Shown here one piece after another: positions 1-13,086 of a DNA stretch of 64,000 bases. The DNA comes from Octopus sinensis (Eukaryota): the NCBI RefSeq assembly GCF_006345805.1, contig NC_042998.1, positions 186,992,001 to 187,056,000 on the forward strand, read 5' to 3'. Under the pieces are notes generated by a model, which saw nothing but the letters and a program-made list of their open reading frames with translations, ran no database searches and had not been told where the DNA came from. Positions within the stretch are counted from its first letter, which is position 1, and each line of letters starts with the position of its first letter. Made by a program: the position numbers and the translations under genes.

Positions 1-774
1 CCTGGAGAAGCAGATATTAAAGATGAAGTCCTGTTCTGTCTTATATGGGAAATACAATCAATAAATTTAAATACGTTTGATGGATACTTGTTATTTAATA
101 ATAAGCATAAATTTATAGCTTTGAGTGAGAGCTTAATAAGCTATCAAGTAAAAATTCACAAGAGAGCCATGGATTTTAAAGTTTGAAATACAAGTGGTTT
201 AATTCCTGATCAAGAAGATCTATGATCAAAGGAGTTTAGCTGCAAATGTACTATTTTTAGAGGCAATGTATCCATTACATACTAAAGTATGTAATGTGTG
301 ATTTGAAGGAAATTTGGCTACTATTTCTTGTAGATTGCACGACTACATGAAAGTACGTATTATTCCTAAGTGCTTATGTATGTATGTGTATGAAAAGACA
401 TTAAGCAAAGTAACTTCATAATATACATGTGTATTTAAAACAAATACCTATTGTGTCAGTATTATACATGATAGTAACATTACACTGCTTTTAGTGTAGG
501 GTATACAAGATATCATCTGACCAGCTTTAATTGCTGCAGTTTCTTTTGAAGCAAAATAATAGGAACTTGGCACCCTCTTGGTCAATATGCTTTCTGAATA
601 TACCAACTTTGGCTGCACTGAAGTAGCTCGAAAGGAATTTATTACAAACAGAATATTAGAACAAAACTAGTTCTAATATTTCCTATATGTGGTAAATTTC
701 CCTGGTTTTGAATAGGTTGACTAACTACAAATCTAGATATTTGCATACATTCCTGGAGTATTTTATGAATGCAG

Positions 775-905
775 CTGTGACTCTGTAGTTAAGAGGCTTG
801 CTTTGAAATCATGTGGTCTGAGTTCAATCGCACAACACAGAACACTGAGTGTCTTCTAAGGCCTCAAGCCAAACAAAACCTTGTGAGAGGATTGGTAGAC
901 AGAAA
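775..905 (+). mobile_element. Old degenerate SINE family B head (tRNA-like + CORE-like)
   Basis: gctgtg..gttaagaggcttgc..catgtggtctgagttcaat..gtcttcta..ccttgtgagaggattggtagac matches the family B head at 29944/31888 with many substitutions. Confidence 0.5.
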
Positions 906-906
906 T

Positions 907-960
907 ATATATGCATATATACATACATACATACAAAGATACATGTCTCTCTCTCTCTCT

Positions 961-1001
<41 letters not shown>
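907..1001. repeat. Compound (TACA)n/(CT)n/(TA)n microsatellite
   Basis: Direct reading. Confidence 0.95.
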
Positions 1002-1004
<3 letters not shown>

Positions 1005-1024
1005 AATATGTGTGTGTATTTTTG

Positions 1025-1265
1025 ATAGTGAGGCTTGTTTACAAATATCATATGATGTTTGACATTATGTGATATTTGTAAACAAGTGTCACTACAAAAG
1101 AAGAGAGGTTTATTTTCAATCATCCATGAAAAACATACCTAGTCATGGGGAAAAATTACCTTGTTTGAAAACAGGTGAGAGTTGGTGACAAGAAAGGCAT
1201 CAGGTCATAGAAAATTTGCCTCATCTGATCCATGGAACAGTAGACTTAAAATGACAATGACAATA
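1025..1265 (+). mobile_element. Degenerate RTE-tailed SINE-like element with internal hairpin
   Basis: gttggtgacaagaaaggcatc...ccatggaacagtagacttaaaatgacaatgac is a decayed form of the RTE-type 3' tail of family A; 17-bp stem at 1034-1050/1070-1086. Confidence 0.5.
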
Positions 1266-1974
1266 TGAGTCAGTGTTTGTGTTTATGTCGTGGTATTTTA
1301 TGTCCTGTGACTTAGCTGTTCAACAAATAATAGAGTTGATTAAAATAAACGCAAGACTGAAATAAATACTGGGGTCAGTATGATTGACTTAACACCTGGT
1401 GTCAATGCTCTTGCATGGCTGCAATCCAATAGCTGAAACCAGTAAATTAATATGTTTTAGGACATAATATCCATTTCTGATTTAACTTAAGACAACAACA
1501 TATCCAGGCTTGCCTTATATTATCATCTTTTTGAAAGAAGTCAGCCTCGGAATTATAAGCCAAATAATAAATTTCAGTTTTATGCCACTGAATAGTTCTG
1601 TCCTTTTACCACAAATATGAAGCAGACATTTTTCAGCCTCTTACTAAAAGCATGGCACAACACCATTTAATAATAGATTTTAAGTGACAAAAACAAAAAG
1701 GGATGTAGATATAAATATTTGACAGACATGCTTTATGTAAATAATTAATTGATCACTAACTACTAGAAATGTTTTGTGTGTTTTTGCAAGATGCACACTC
1801 AACAGCATCAGAAACATCAACTCATCCAACAAAAACTTGTTTACCTTATTGACATTTGAGAAGTATAACGAACACACTTAGGCACTAAAACTGTTTATTT
1901 CTCTTAGAGAACCACACAGTTTAACAGTCATCTTCTATGAATGGTGTGTATGTACTGACATGTTTATATGTATT

Positions 1975-2285
1975 AGTGCCGGTGGCACGTAAAAAGCACC
2001 ATCCGTTCATGGCCGTTGCCAGCCTCGCCTGGCCCCCGTGCCGGTGGCACGTAAACAGCACCATCCGATCGTGGCCGTTTGCCAGCCTCGTCTGGCACCT
2101 GTGCCCGTGGCACGTAAAATGCACCCACTAAACTCACGGAGTGGTTGGCGTTAGGAAGGGCATCCAGCCGTAGAAACATTGCCAGATCAGACTGGAGCCT
2201 GGTGCAGCCTCCTGGCTTCCCAGACCCCAGTTGAACCGTCCAACCCATGCTAGCATGGAAAGCGGACGCTAAACGATGATGATGA
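1975..2285 (+). mobile_element. Family A VNTR + RTE-tail retroposon (about 3 units)
   Basis: ~60-bp units gtgccggtggcacgtaaaaagcaccatccg..., then ggagtggttggcgttaggaagggcatccag...ccaacccatgctagcatggaaagcggacg, (GAT)n tail. Confidence 0.9.
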
Positions 2286-2494
2286 TGTTATTATTGTAAT
2301 TTTAACAATTTACACACACATGTACACATTTTTCTCTTTTAATTTGCAATGCAATCTATGTTTGTGAACTTTATATATAATCACACTGAAGTGGTAGGTA
2401 ATATTAGCCTATGAGTGAAGGGTTCATAAACAAGGGAACTTAAATAATTAACAAAAGATAATTCTTATGTACAAGAAATATCCAATATAATAAA

Positions 2495-2884
2495 TCTCTC
2501 TCTATATAAAGCTGAAGTTGTCTATGTATGGCAGGTTTGGTAGCTTTCAACTAACACTATCTCCTCCAAGACACTGCGGCGCAAGTTGACCAAAATTGAG
2601 AGTATGATAGAAGACTTGCTCTTCCTTCTGTAGAAGAAAAAATTCAAATCGGACCATGTTAACACCAAAAATTATTTACATCAAAAAGGTGCTTTTTTTT
2701 CTATGAAAATCCCTACTTTTTACGATCTTTTGACTGCTGTGTCGCCATTTTTCGGTGTATTTCAACCAAAAAAATGTTCACTTAAAGAAAATAACAAGCT
2801 ATATAATGCAAAAGTTTTACTTTTCAAAAATTCCAATTCTAAAGGGTCGAAACAAACCTGAGCAACGCCAGGCGATACTGCTAG
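2495..2884 (+). mobile_element. Non-autonomous Helitron
   Basis: A|TC start (tctctctctatataaagctgaag); 3' gagcaacgccaggcgatactgCTAG|T, the same terminus as copies at 40445 and 48307. Confidence 0.75.
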
Positions 2885-2909
2885 TATATAGTAAAATTGA
2901 GTTACTTTT

Positions 2910-3090
2910 TCCACAAAAAGCACCCACTACACTCAAGGAGTGGTTGGCGTTAGGAAGGGCATCCAGCTGTAGAAACATTGCCAGATAAGACTGGAGCCTG
3001 GTGCAGCCTTCTGGCTTCCCAGATCCCCGGTCGAACCGTCCAACCCATGCTAGCATGGAGAACGGATGTTAAACGATGATGATGATGATG
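2910..3090 (+). mobile_element. Family A retroposon, 5'-truncated
   Basis: aaaagcacccactac...gctagcatggagaacggatgttaaacgatgatgatg. Confidence 0.9.
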
Positions 3091-4124
3091 AAAAATCAAC
3101 CTTCCATAAAAATGTATTTTATAAGTATATAAATTGCTGAAATTGTATTTTAAAATTTATAAAACTATCACTGGTAAAATATACTTGATAAGATGTTGGA
3201 TTGCAATACAAAGAATGAAATAAAATTGATTTCTTTTCTTCATATGAATTATAGCTCAGCACAAAGTAAACTAGCTAGTGTGTGCATTAGGGGTAAAGTA
3301 GAAAACATAAATATTAACTAATAATAACTTATAAATCTAGGATAGAACATTTTATGATAAAAATTACTGGTCACAACATATCAGAAGTTACAGCTAATAC
3401 TTAGGACAGTTTGAATGAGGTACTAACATTTTTAAATAAAAAAACTATCACACTACCATGGGATTACAAATTATTCATACTATTCTTTGATTACACAGCT
3501 ACATCTATTTTGTTGTGCCTATAGTTGAAAAACAGTTAATACACCATTTGAAGAGGAGTAATAGTGCATGGAAGGGACAGATAAATGCAGCAATAGAAAC
3601 TCCCAACAAATCATTAAAAAAAGGTCTTCATTATACAGAAAAATGAATTTAACTCTTAAAAAAAGGATAAACCTTGTTTAGAAATGAGCAAAGGTGTAGC
3701 AAATAGAAGGGATATAAAATTTCTTGATTGATGTTTGTTAATTAAGGCAGGGTCTCTAAAATGGTTCTACCTTGGGTGCTAAGAACCCTTGCTACATCCA
3801 ACAGGTGATGGGGAGAAGAGAGAAGTATAGGCTGGATATGGTGAGCATAGTTGTTAATTTTTACTTATGGGCTAATTAGAAAATAAAAGTTAGATTCTTT
3901 TATGACCACTTAAGCTTCAAGAACCCCGTATTCAAGTCAGATTCCTATAACATGAGGTGAAGGAAACAAAACCATTCTTTTGGATAAACTGCTGATCTAT
4001 TGCAAATAACTTTCCCAGAGAAGGTATAATATCTATTTCCAGTTTGCAAAACAGTTGTATGTTAAATTGATTACCTTCCTAGATACACATAATGCCTGCA
4101 GCATGATATATTCTGACAAACCAA

Positions 4125-4620
4125 GAACCATCCATCCATCCAGTTTCTCTGTTCCTGGAAGGGTCATGGGGGTAGGCACCTTCAGGCACCTCCTTCATAG
4201 GGTCTAATCAGAAGTAACCATCATTACATTTTCTTGATGGATTCCCAAGTGTGGCCAACTGAGATTATGGATATTATCCAACTATCCCATTCTTGGTCTA
4301 CCTCTAGGTCTCTGACTGGTTGGCCTCACTTGAAGAATCCATCTCGTGATCCTTTCCTGTAACATTGTAATCATATGTCTGTAGTACCAGCTCAAACTGG
4401 AGAAACTCTGATCTCCAAACCATACACCCTGTTGAGTAACATTACTCCAGAGATCCTTTAGAGAAATCCCATTTTGGTTGCTTGTGTTTGCAATCATGCT
4501 CTTCCTGTCATTACACAACATTCATGACCATGAGTGATAGGCATGGAAACCAAACTGAAACAGGAGTCTTGATATTGTATCCTCTTCACCAAAATGAAGC
4601 AGATTACTCACTAACTGGTC
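4125..4620 (-). mobile_element. RTE-clade LINE 3' fragment
   Basis: Minus-strand translation ...WILQVRPTSQRPRGRPRMG resembles the RTE C-terminal RPRGRPR motif; (CATC)n tail near 4130. Confidence 0.65.
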
Positions 4621-6041
4621 AGCAACAAGCACCATTTCATATAAAAGAGTTTGGTACGAGGTAAAATACACAGCACTATAACACTGGTTCCACAAGCCTG
4701 AAAAAGGCCATGTTTATGAAAAATAAATTTCAAACAAAAAATTAAATTTGTCCTCTCGAATATCAATTTGTCAACGACATTACATATTTTTAGCTGAAAT
4801 ATTTGTCATCTACAGCCCAAAAATATTTCAAAAATGCTTTTAAGTAGTATGGAGTTAGTTGTTGTTTAAATATAGTCTTTTGTATTTAGCAACATTTTAA
4901 AATAAACTTTAGCCGTTTAGTAACAAAAAGCAGAAAAGAAATGGTTTGTAGTTAAGCTTAATGTCTAGTTTAGATTTGTCTGGACTAGCAAAGTGGATGG
5001 TATAACACTAAACTGTACACCAACTTAAAATTGGTACAGTTTCTGCTTCATGGATGAACAGATATTGGAAACAGTACCAAATTATAGAAGTTACTTCAGA
5101 AACTATTGTAATCAAGAATTTGCAGAAACTATACAACCCATGGAGCAACAAATGTGAAAAATATATTTGTTTTAATGAATAATGTTTTTAGCTTTCCAAT
5201 AACTACCAGGAATTTCATTTAAGCATACACAGAAAGAATATTTTGTTCCTTGAAGGAAAAAAAAAAAAGATGTAGATGAGTGGTTTATGTCGAGGAGGCT
5301 GAAACAATGCACACATCAGCTAAACATCAGCTATGTCGCATATAAATCTGTGTTGCTAAAAAGCTTTGTTGGAAACCACAGAGCAAAAGAAGCACTCTCA
5401 TCATGCTAAATAATATAGAAACTGAAAATGGTTTGGTTACCAGAGCATTCTGAGAGGAAATAAATTCATCTTAACAATTCATTTGATAAAATAAATGTTC
5501 AAGATGAGTTGAAGAAGCATGCAGTGTTTTTATGAAATGAATCAAGAAAATAAATGGTTAGTAGTTAGAATACTAAATCAATCGATATTGTGGCTAGAGA
5601 AAGAAATGGTAATGCTATTTATAAAGAAAATCAAGTTTAACTGATAATTCGGGTGAGGGGAGGAAAAAAAAAAAAAAACACTTTTAAGTAGCCATGTGCA
5701 CTGGCAAGTTGCAGGTATATATTCTACTGTAATTACAGTTTAGCAGTTGCTAGGAGACGAAGTAATTCAGTCCAGCCTTACATGTTATTGTTCAATCTAT
5801 GGAAGTAAAATTATAAACAATAGCTTATCACGAATGGGTCCACGAATTTTGAATAGGAAGCTATCTATGAACGTTATGTTGTTTTAAATACCGCCGCTAG
5901 ATTTTGATCAACAAGTTTATCAATCCCAACGGTACAGCTATTAAGTCAGCCTTTAAATTTATATATATTATGATTTTTTTAAAAAAAGACTGTAGCAGCA
6001 TCTTGTATACTTTTTTTGTTTTTTAAGTTGGTACCGCTTAC

Positions 6042-6144
6042 CTATTAAAGTCTGTCTGAGTACATGAACATTTTCCAGTATCTTTTCACAGTGTTCTTGG
6101 GCAACACCCATTCCTTGCAGCTGGTGGAGTTGAAGCTGACATAC
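6042..6144 (-). CDS. Putative internal coding exon (103 nt) with SAM-domain-like peptide VCQLQLHQLQGMGVAQEHCEKILENVHVLRQTLI
   Basis: Acceptor tgtatcttctcgacAG|g, donor tag|GTAAGC; open in phase 0 to 1; pattern V.Q+...L..MGV...H..KIL..+..LR fits by eye the C-terminal half of SAM domains (e.g. Eph [31 protein letters not shown]). No database search was run. Confidence 0.55.
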
Positions 6145-7046
6145 CTGTCGAGAAGATACATTATTCATATAGCAACATTATAAAAGAACAAAAACAAACG
6201 ACCATAGGTTTATGCACATCAATCGAACGTGGTCTAAAAATTGGAAAAAAAAAATGTTCATATATATTTATATATATACAATGTTAGAGAGAGAAAAGCT
6301 ACTTCTTATTCCGCTACACAACACTACTAGCAGGAAGTGAGAGTAACTACTTATTCAATGGCACATGCACTATTGCATCCCAAATCGTATATAAAAAAGA
6401 AAGATCACTGTCAATGAAAATCGAAGTATGGTAAATAGAGCAGAGACGGACACAAGGAATAAATAAACTTGTGTAAATCGTCGGCAATGTCCTTGGGACC
6501 TCTCTGCAGTGAAGCTAGATTCGGAAATGTTGCAGATAGCCGCTTAATGGTTACTACTACATCGTAGTAGTAAGTGGAGGGTCTCCCCACCTCATCCAGT
6601 CTCCAGTATACAATACTGGCACATAGCGAGAACAGAGAGAGAGAGAGAGAATAAGAGATTGCGACGACAACAGAGCGACTGGTTGGGTGGGGTGTGGGGT
6701 GGGGGTGTGATGGAGTATTTACCGAATGAGACACTTTCATCGAAGCTTCAATGTGGAATTACCAACACCACGGATCAATAAACACACACACATACACAAA
6801 TGTTGTGTGTGCGTGCGTGCGTGCGCGTATATGTTTAGATCGCGGTTCGTAATAGGCTACTTTAAAAATCGAGTTGAAATCTTGGGAGAAGAAAACATAG
6901 CAGTTATGTTGTAAGACATTATTGTGATCGATATATATGCGATGGGGGGGGGAGAGGGGGGAGAGAGAGATAAAAAAAAATCGAACACCCAATGCCGGTC
7001 AACAATGTTTTTATTGGAAGTTAAATTGTTTCTCTCTGCTACTTAC

Positions 7047-7071
7047 TTAGACGACGACGACGGACTTCGTG
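7047..7071 (-). other. Candidate 25-nt exon (coding status unknown, possibly 5'UTR)
   Basis: ttctttcttctctcAG|cacgaagtccgtcgtcgtcgtctaa|GTAAGT. Confidence 0.35.
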
Positions 7072-7178
7072 CTGAGAGAAGAAAGAACCCTTAAGTAAAT
7101 AATTGCTGATTACAATAATAATTACTTCGAATTTAATAAATAAGGTAGAGAGATATATATATGAAAGGTGGTGGGGAG

Positions 7179-7216
<38 letters not shown>

Positions 7217-7560
7217 AGGAAAAAAAAGATAATGTACTAACTACAGATAGATAGAGAGAGTAAGAGACACATCTATAATGTAACAGGCATCAATTCCACC
7301 ATAGCTGCACAGATTACGAGAATCAAGCTAGACTGATGATGGTTCTGAAAGGAACAAGATCGTTTCGTTTCTTACAATTAGATTGACACAATAGAAAAAG
7401 TATATCATAACTAAAGACTGCCACATTTGCTTCAATGGTGTATTATGTTTCAGGCCTAGCACCAAACACACAAGTGGGGGAAAAAATGTCAGTATTTTAG
7501 AAGCAGCGCTACGAAAACGACTCGCGGTTATGCTTAATTCAGGTCCAGATGTTTTGTTAC

Positions 7561-7632
7561 CTTCTTTTAAAGGCTCTTTCTTGTTCTTGTCTCAGAAAGT
7601 TCCACGATGTCGATAGCACAGAAAGTCCACCA
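7561..7632 (-). other. Candidate exon ending at a donor at 7561
   Basis: aagaag|GTAACA donor; the acceptor (aaatctAG) is weak; one open frame GGLSVLSTSWNFLRQEQERAFKR. Confidence 0.25.
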
Positions 7633-8290
7633 CTAGATTTATATATATATATTATATATAGAGATAAATTCGAATAAAATACACACTTTATTAGTTTCGC
7701 TATAGAGTCGACGTAAATGAAAAAATATTTCGCAGGGGGTTTGTTTGGTGGTGAAAAGCAGCGACGAAAGGGGGTTTAGTGTCAGCATATAAAAAAGGGG
7801 ATAACAAGACATCATACGAACTAGTAAAAAGATTGTTGTGGCGCCTCCTCTGACCCTAGCAGCCGTCACCACACACACATATATATATACATCGCCAGCT
7901 TATTATTTTTTCATTAGAAACTACTAAGGAATATTTTCTCTATTGAACAAAACATTTACATATCTATCCAGAGATACACTTGCTCTATGTACTTACAGAC
8001 TGCAGCGTTTTAAATCCATAAGCTTCAAAAGTATCCGCGTATTGCTTGCACATAAACGTTTCAAGCCATCTTTCCACGGGTCCGGGCATAATTTATTTTT
8101 TTTTTTTTATTATTTATTTGCCAGGAAGAATCGTTTGGCGGCGGGGGGGAAAGATAAACCCCCGCTCTGGTTATTTATTTATATTCTCAATGTTTTTTGT
8201 TTCAGTTTTTTTTCAAGTAAGGCTTAAAGTTCGGCCCTCCAGTTTCGTTGGCCAGACCTTCATTCCGTGAGCTTAACATAATGGCTGCCT

Positions 8291-8300
8291 GTCACGTGAC
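8291..8300. promoter_or_regulatory. Perfect palindromic E-box GTCACGTGAC (CLEAR/USF-type) in a CpG-enriched, repeat-poor promoter-like zone (~6650-9120)
   Basis: Exact motif match; flanking region lacks SINEs and has (GA)n/pyrimidine tracts and visibly more CpG. Confidence 0.4.
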
Positions 8301-8990
8301 TCCAGTTTTTCTCCACCTATTTCTGTCCCTTCACACCTCCCCTTCCTCACACTGCCGCATCCACCACTCCTCTACATCTATCACTGCATTCTTCTCACCA
8401 CTCCTTCTCTCCCCCCCGCTTTTCACAGTGCACTATTAACAAACGTTATCAACCTTTCCCCTTACGGTCCTTTACCTTTTTATGTTACCTCTCTTTCGAG
8501 TTCCTCCCTCTTCTTCTCTACCTCAACCTCGTATACTTTTCTTATCCTTGATTAATTCCTGCGCTGTTTTTTTACAGATTCGCTAAATGTATTATTACTT
8601 ACTTTTTCCATCGCACTCACTCTCTACACTAAAATTCTCCGTCAATATCTATTTGACAATTCTTCTCTCTCTCTCTCTCTCCTCGTCTCTCTTTCCCCCC
8701 CTCAACACTCTATCATTCCCTCACTACTTCTCACTCTCTCTCTCCCTCTCCGATTGTTACTTTTCTTTTCTCCGTTTCCCTTATTGACCTCCTTCTTTCT
8801 TACCTTTCACTCCTCCTCCTCCTCCTCCTCTCTCTTAACTTCTACATCACATTCTTTCTACTCTTGTCCATAATCGCACTCACTCTTATACATTCTCTTT
8901 TTGTTGTTGTTCCTTTCTGCTCTCGTCGAAGTCAAGTTTCTTGCTTGCTAGAGAAACCAGTTAAAAAGCAAGAGACTGACCGATCGGAGC

Positions 8991-9023
<33 letters not shown>

Positions 9024-9326
9024 AACCTTCACACTTCTACGGCATTTTCCTCTCCAACTGTTCGATAGAGTTACCAGAAGCTAAGTCCGTCAGCACAGCG
9101 AGGCCTGCTGTTACCTAATTTTATTTTTATATACTCTGACTGACATTTTTTTTTCCTTCATGTTTTTGATTTTTTCTCAACAACAATCTTTTAAACTGCT
9201 TTTAATTATATTTTCTCTATATATTTAATTTTTTTTTTTTTTACCCCTTCAGTTTGGCAGTTGCTAACAACTATCGGTGTAAGGCTGATTCCTAACACTT
9301 TTACACTTTTCTCTGAATGCTATGGA

Positions 9327-9378
<52 letters not shown>

Positions 9379-10868
9379 TCAAGGTACACCACCACACAAG
9401 CATTTACATACTTGTATGCAAACCATGCAAACACACACACTCGTATCTATGGGAATGAGTAAACGTGTAATTCATTCGGGGGATCTCACTACGTAATTGT
9501 CTCTTTCGATATCTCTAACCTAAAATATTCTCCCAGTAAACATCTTTTATGCACGTATGCCAGTACATACACACACGTTATTGTATTTAAATGACTAAGG
9601 TTGTAGAATTTCCAAATGAAAGCAATTCAGAAAATAGAAACGATTACTCAACTTTTCACTATAATACAATGGAAATTATAAATACCAGGTCAAAATAATA
9701 GCAAGGATGTTTAAAAAAAAAAGCCAAGACAAGGAAATAAATTGCCATTTAATGTTATAATATATATTTTTATTAAGCGAAATCTTGGAAAGTTTAACTT
9801 ATACTGTTTTAATGGTTTAATACAGTTTATTCCGTTTTTGTTTAGTTTTGTTTTTGCCTTAAATTTAGTTTTCAAAAGTTTCTTCCTAATGCTTTCCATA
9901 GAAGTTTTTTTTTAATTGTATAAGCATTTTTTGCGTATTTATTTCCAAGAGGCTTTTGTTCTTTCTTCATATTGAATATTTCCGTTTTAATTGTGTCGAG
10001 GGGTAATGCATAGGTGAGAGAACATTCATTCTCACACACAAAAACTGCATATTGTGTATGTGCGTGCGCGTAGTGTGTATTCCTACGGAAATTTATGTAA
10101 TGCGCCAAAAATCATACTTTCTTCGATGTGTATGTTCTTTCTAAACATCGTCGATTTACAAACGTGCTAAAGAAAAATATTAAAAAAACTAAAATTGCGC
10201 GGTTGCACCCCCTTTCCGTAATTTTTCAGTTTTGACATTTTTTTTCTAAAATTGTTTCAGATGTATGTTACAAATATTTTTGGTAAATCATCTGAGATCT
10301 TTAAAATGTAAACCTGAAAATTTTTCAAAACAAACGGTAAGCTAAAAAAAATATACACAAAAATATTTGTTTATTTATTTTGTTCAAATTCGTAGTCTAC
10401 GATGCTTAAAACACACATAAAAAAAAATTACGATTTTTGGCGCTCTAGATAATTTCTGGCTCTGTTCTTTAATAACATTATTCGTAGACACAATTCTTCA
10501 GTGTGTGTGAAAATGTGTGAGGTTGGTGGATCTCCGTCGTACGACGATGAGGATTTTGTTCGCTCAACTGAATTACCTACTCCTGATTTAACTTATAGCC
10601 TGAGCATTCCACAGACACGTGTACTCTTAATGTCACTTGCAGGAACAAAAAAAAAGTGACACAATATGTGATAAGGCAGTACCTTTTGAATGGCAAGCAC
10701 AACCCACCCATTAAACTATTAGGCACTTTCCATTTTCCTCAATTCACTCACAAGATATATGTCAACTCAAGAGCATGGAAAATTTCTTAACCATTGTCAT
10801 ACTACATCTATTCACACACACTCACCTAAATTCTGTTATCCATACACATATCTGTGTATGTATGTGAG

Positions 10869-10906
<38 letters not shown>

Positions 10907-11196
10907 AGATTTATGGAATGGAGTATGGGAAATCCCAGGCTACATATGTTTCATAGCGAGTGGAATCTCAGAAGTGGTAAAACCCAAGTGAGGTGTATAA
11001 CACCAGCTACTCTTCGGGCCAAGGTTATATAAGAACTTTTTTCAGCATACTCTTCTTCGACAAAACGAAAAAAACCCTGCAGCCTTCCATCTCAATAAAC
11101 CACTATTATTCCTGAAAGTTGCTTTTTTAATATTCACTACAGAGTGCTCAAAGCTAACTTTCTTTCTACACCTTCATCCCAAGATCTTACATTTAT

Positions 11197-11450
11197 ATAT
11201 ATATTAGAAGAAATAAGGTATTCAGAAATCTGGATGGTTTTATATTTACAGTTTTATATTAATATGTCACATGTTTTTATGAATCATATAATAGCACTTG
11301 CATCTACTCTAGTAGACTCTTCAGATTTGAATCTACTAGAGTAGATGCAAGCGCTAATATATGATTTATAAAAACATGTGACATATGAATAAAAATCTGT
11401 AAATATAAAACCATCCAGATTTCTGAGTACCTTATTTCTTCTAATATATA
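11197..11450. mobile_element. Fold-back (palindromic) MITE-like element, ~120-bp arms
   Basis: tattagaagaaataaggtattcagaaatctggatggttttatatttacag...tctactctagtaga / tctactagagtaga...ctgtaaatataaaaccatccagatttctgagtaccttatttcttctaata. Confidence 0.8.
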
Positions 11451-11489
11451 ATACCTGTACATCACCTCCAAACCTTCTAATATATATAT

Positions 11490-11528
<39 letters not shown>

Positions 11529-11602
11529 CATCAATAGTTAACTTATCCAAAATAGAAGCACACTCTAAAACATTAGAGCAGTAATATATTTTTAGGAAGT
11601 CG

Positions 11603-11784
11603 AAAGTTATGGCCAGTTATAGAGTGACCATTGGTTTCACACCTATAAGGGCTTAGCAATATAGGTGACTCCTAAAACTCATATGGCTTCAGCTGAAGCC
11701 ACTTGAGTCTAACAAGCTGCCTATACTGCTAAGCACTTTATAGGTGTGAAACCAATGGTCACTCTATAACTGGCCATAACTTTT
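11603..11784. mobile_element. Fold-back MITE-like element, ~180 bp
   Basis: aaagttatggccagttatagagtgaccattggtttcacacctataa.../...ttataggtgtgaaaccaatggtcactctataactggccataacttt; centre tggcttcagctgaagcca. Confidence 0.85.
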
Positions 11785-11929
11785 GAGATGTATGTATATA
11801 TATAATCATCACCACCACCACCATTTTATGTTAACCTTTTCATGCTTGAATGGGTCAGATGGAATTTGTTGAGGCAAATTTTCAACAAGCAGATACCTTT
11901 CTTGCTGCAAACCCTTACTTGTTTCCAAA

Positions 11930-12130
11930 AGTCACTTCTATTGATTTTTTTAATGGCTTTACGGGGTGACTGGGGAAATGTAAAGATGTGCACGACCACC
12001 CTTGGACGGTTTTGAATGACCATAGAAAGTGAGAGCCCTCTAACAGATTAATTGTGGATTTGTATAAAGGACACACACACACACACAGACAGACATTTTG
12101 CCGTTTATATATATAAATAGATAGATATAG
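11930..12130 (-). mobile_element. 5' fragment of the Helitron family also at 46109
   Basis: Reverse complement matches 46116-46290 (cctttatacaaat...aatcaatagaagtgacttt). Confidence 0.7.
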
Positions 12131-12995
12131 ATATTTTATCCACATTTTTCCATGTTAACATGCTTTCTTGATCATAACCTTTGTTTTTCAACTAAGAGAT
12201 CATTTATTCAACATGATTTCAAAGGCACAAAGCAAGCAGATAAATTATTGACTGAAGCACCAAGAATGACGCACCTCAAGCTTTCAAATAAAGAAGTGTA
12301 AACAAACATGGAAACTTACATGCACATGTACACACACATATATATAAACACAACAATCTTTTCAGTTTCATCATCCACCAGTGTTTTAAATCTGAGTTTT
12401 GTCCCCGTTAACGGGAGTGGCCGGATCTACCTCAATGTCATAGCAACCGAAGTAGGCAGGAGCAGAAAACCCCAACCTTTGAGCTGGCTGGTGCCCATTT
12501 TCCTCTGCTATCATGAGACTTTTTTGGAGCTGGATTTTCTATGGGGACATGCCCTTGCTTACTCCCAACCTCAGTTTTTAGACATGAGTGGTTCCGAGAC
12601 CAAGGCCTCTACCACAATTTTTAAGAAATGTGGTGGAAAGCTAGCTCGGGAAAGCAGGGACGCTACTCCCTGAGGCCCCTTTCAGAGCCCCTCATACCAG
12701 TTTCTGTGTATCAGATCCACTCTTTAATCTTAGGTTGATCTGGTACTGTAACAGAAGACACTTGCCCAAGATGATATGCAATGCAACTGAACCTGAAACC
12801 TTATGGTTGGGAAGCAAACTGCTGGCCACTTGAAAAATAATGAAAGGAACTTGTCTAGAATACAGTCAATCCAAATAATCTTTGATCTGCAACCATTTGT
12901 AGTACTCAATGTTTTGTTTCTGGTGACTTTACATTAGATTTCATCCAATCACAAGTATTGTTTGCTAATATGGTCCATATGACTGAGTTAATTAC

Positions 12996-13020
12996 CTGAT
13001 GTCTTTCAAGAATTGTATTC
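12996..13020 (-). CDS. Candidate 25-nt micro-exon (NTILERHQ in phase 2 to 0)
   Basis: ttttacaatacatttAG|gaatacaattcttgaaagacatcag|GTAATT; phase-compatible with exon 6042-6144. Confidence 0.4.
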
Positions 13021-13086
13021 CTAAATGTATTGTAAAACTACTAATTGAAATTGATCAAAATCAATGGAAATTGTAGTTGTGATACC

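Noticed and set aside
522-617. Possible 96-nt minus-strand exon in phase with 6042-6144 (VQPKLVYSESILTKR...)
   Set aside because: The donor GTCAGA is weak and the peptide is unrecognisable, so there is too little support to list it.
6411-6740. 109-aa minus ORF (IVYWRLDEVGRPSTYYYDVV...) as the first half of the SAM domain
   Set aside because: The spacing to the SAM helices is wrong and there is no good donor in a compatible phase.
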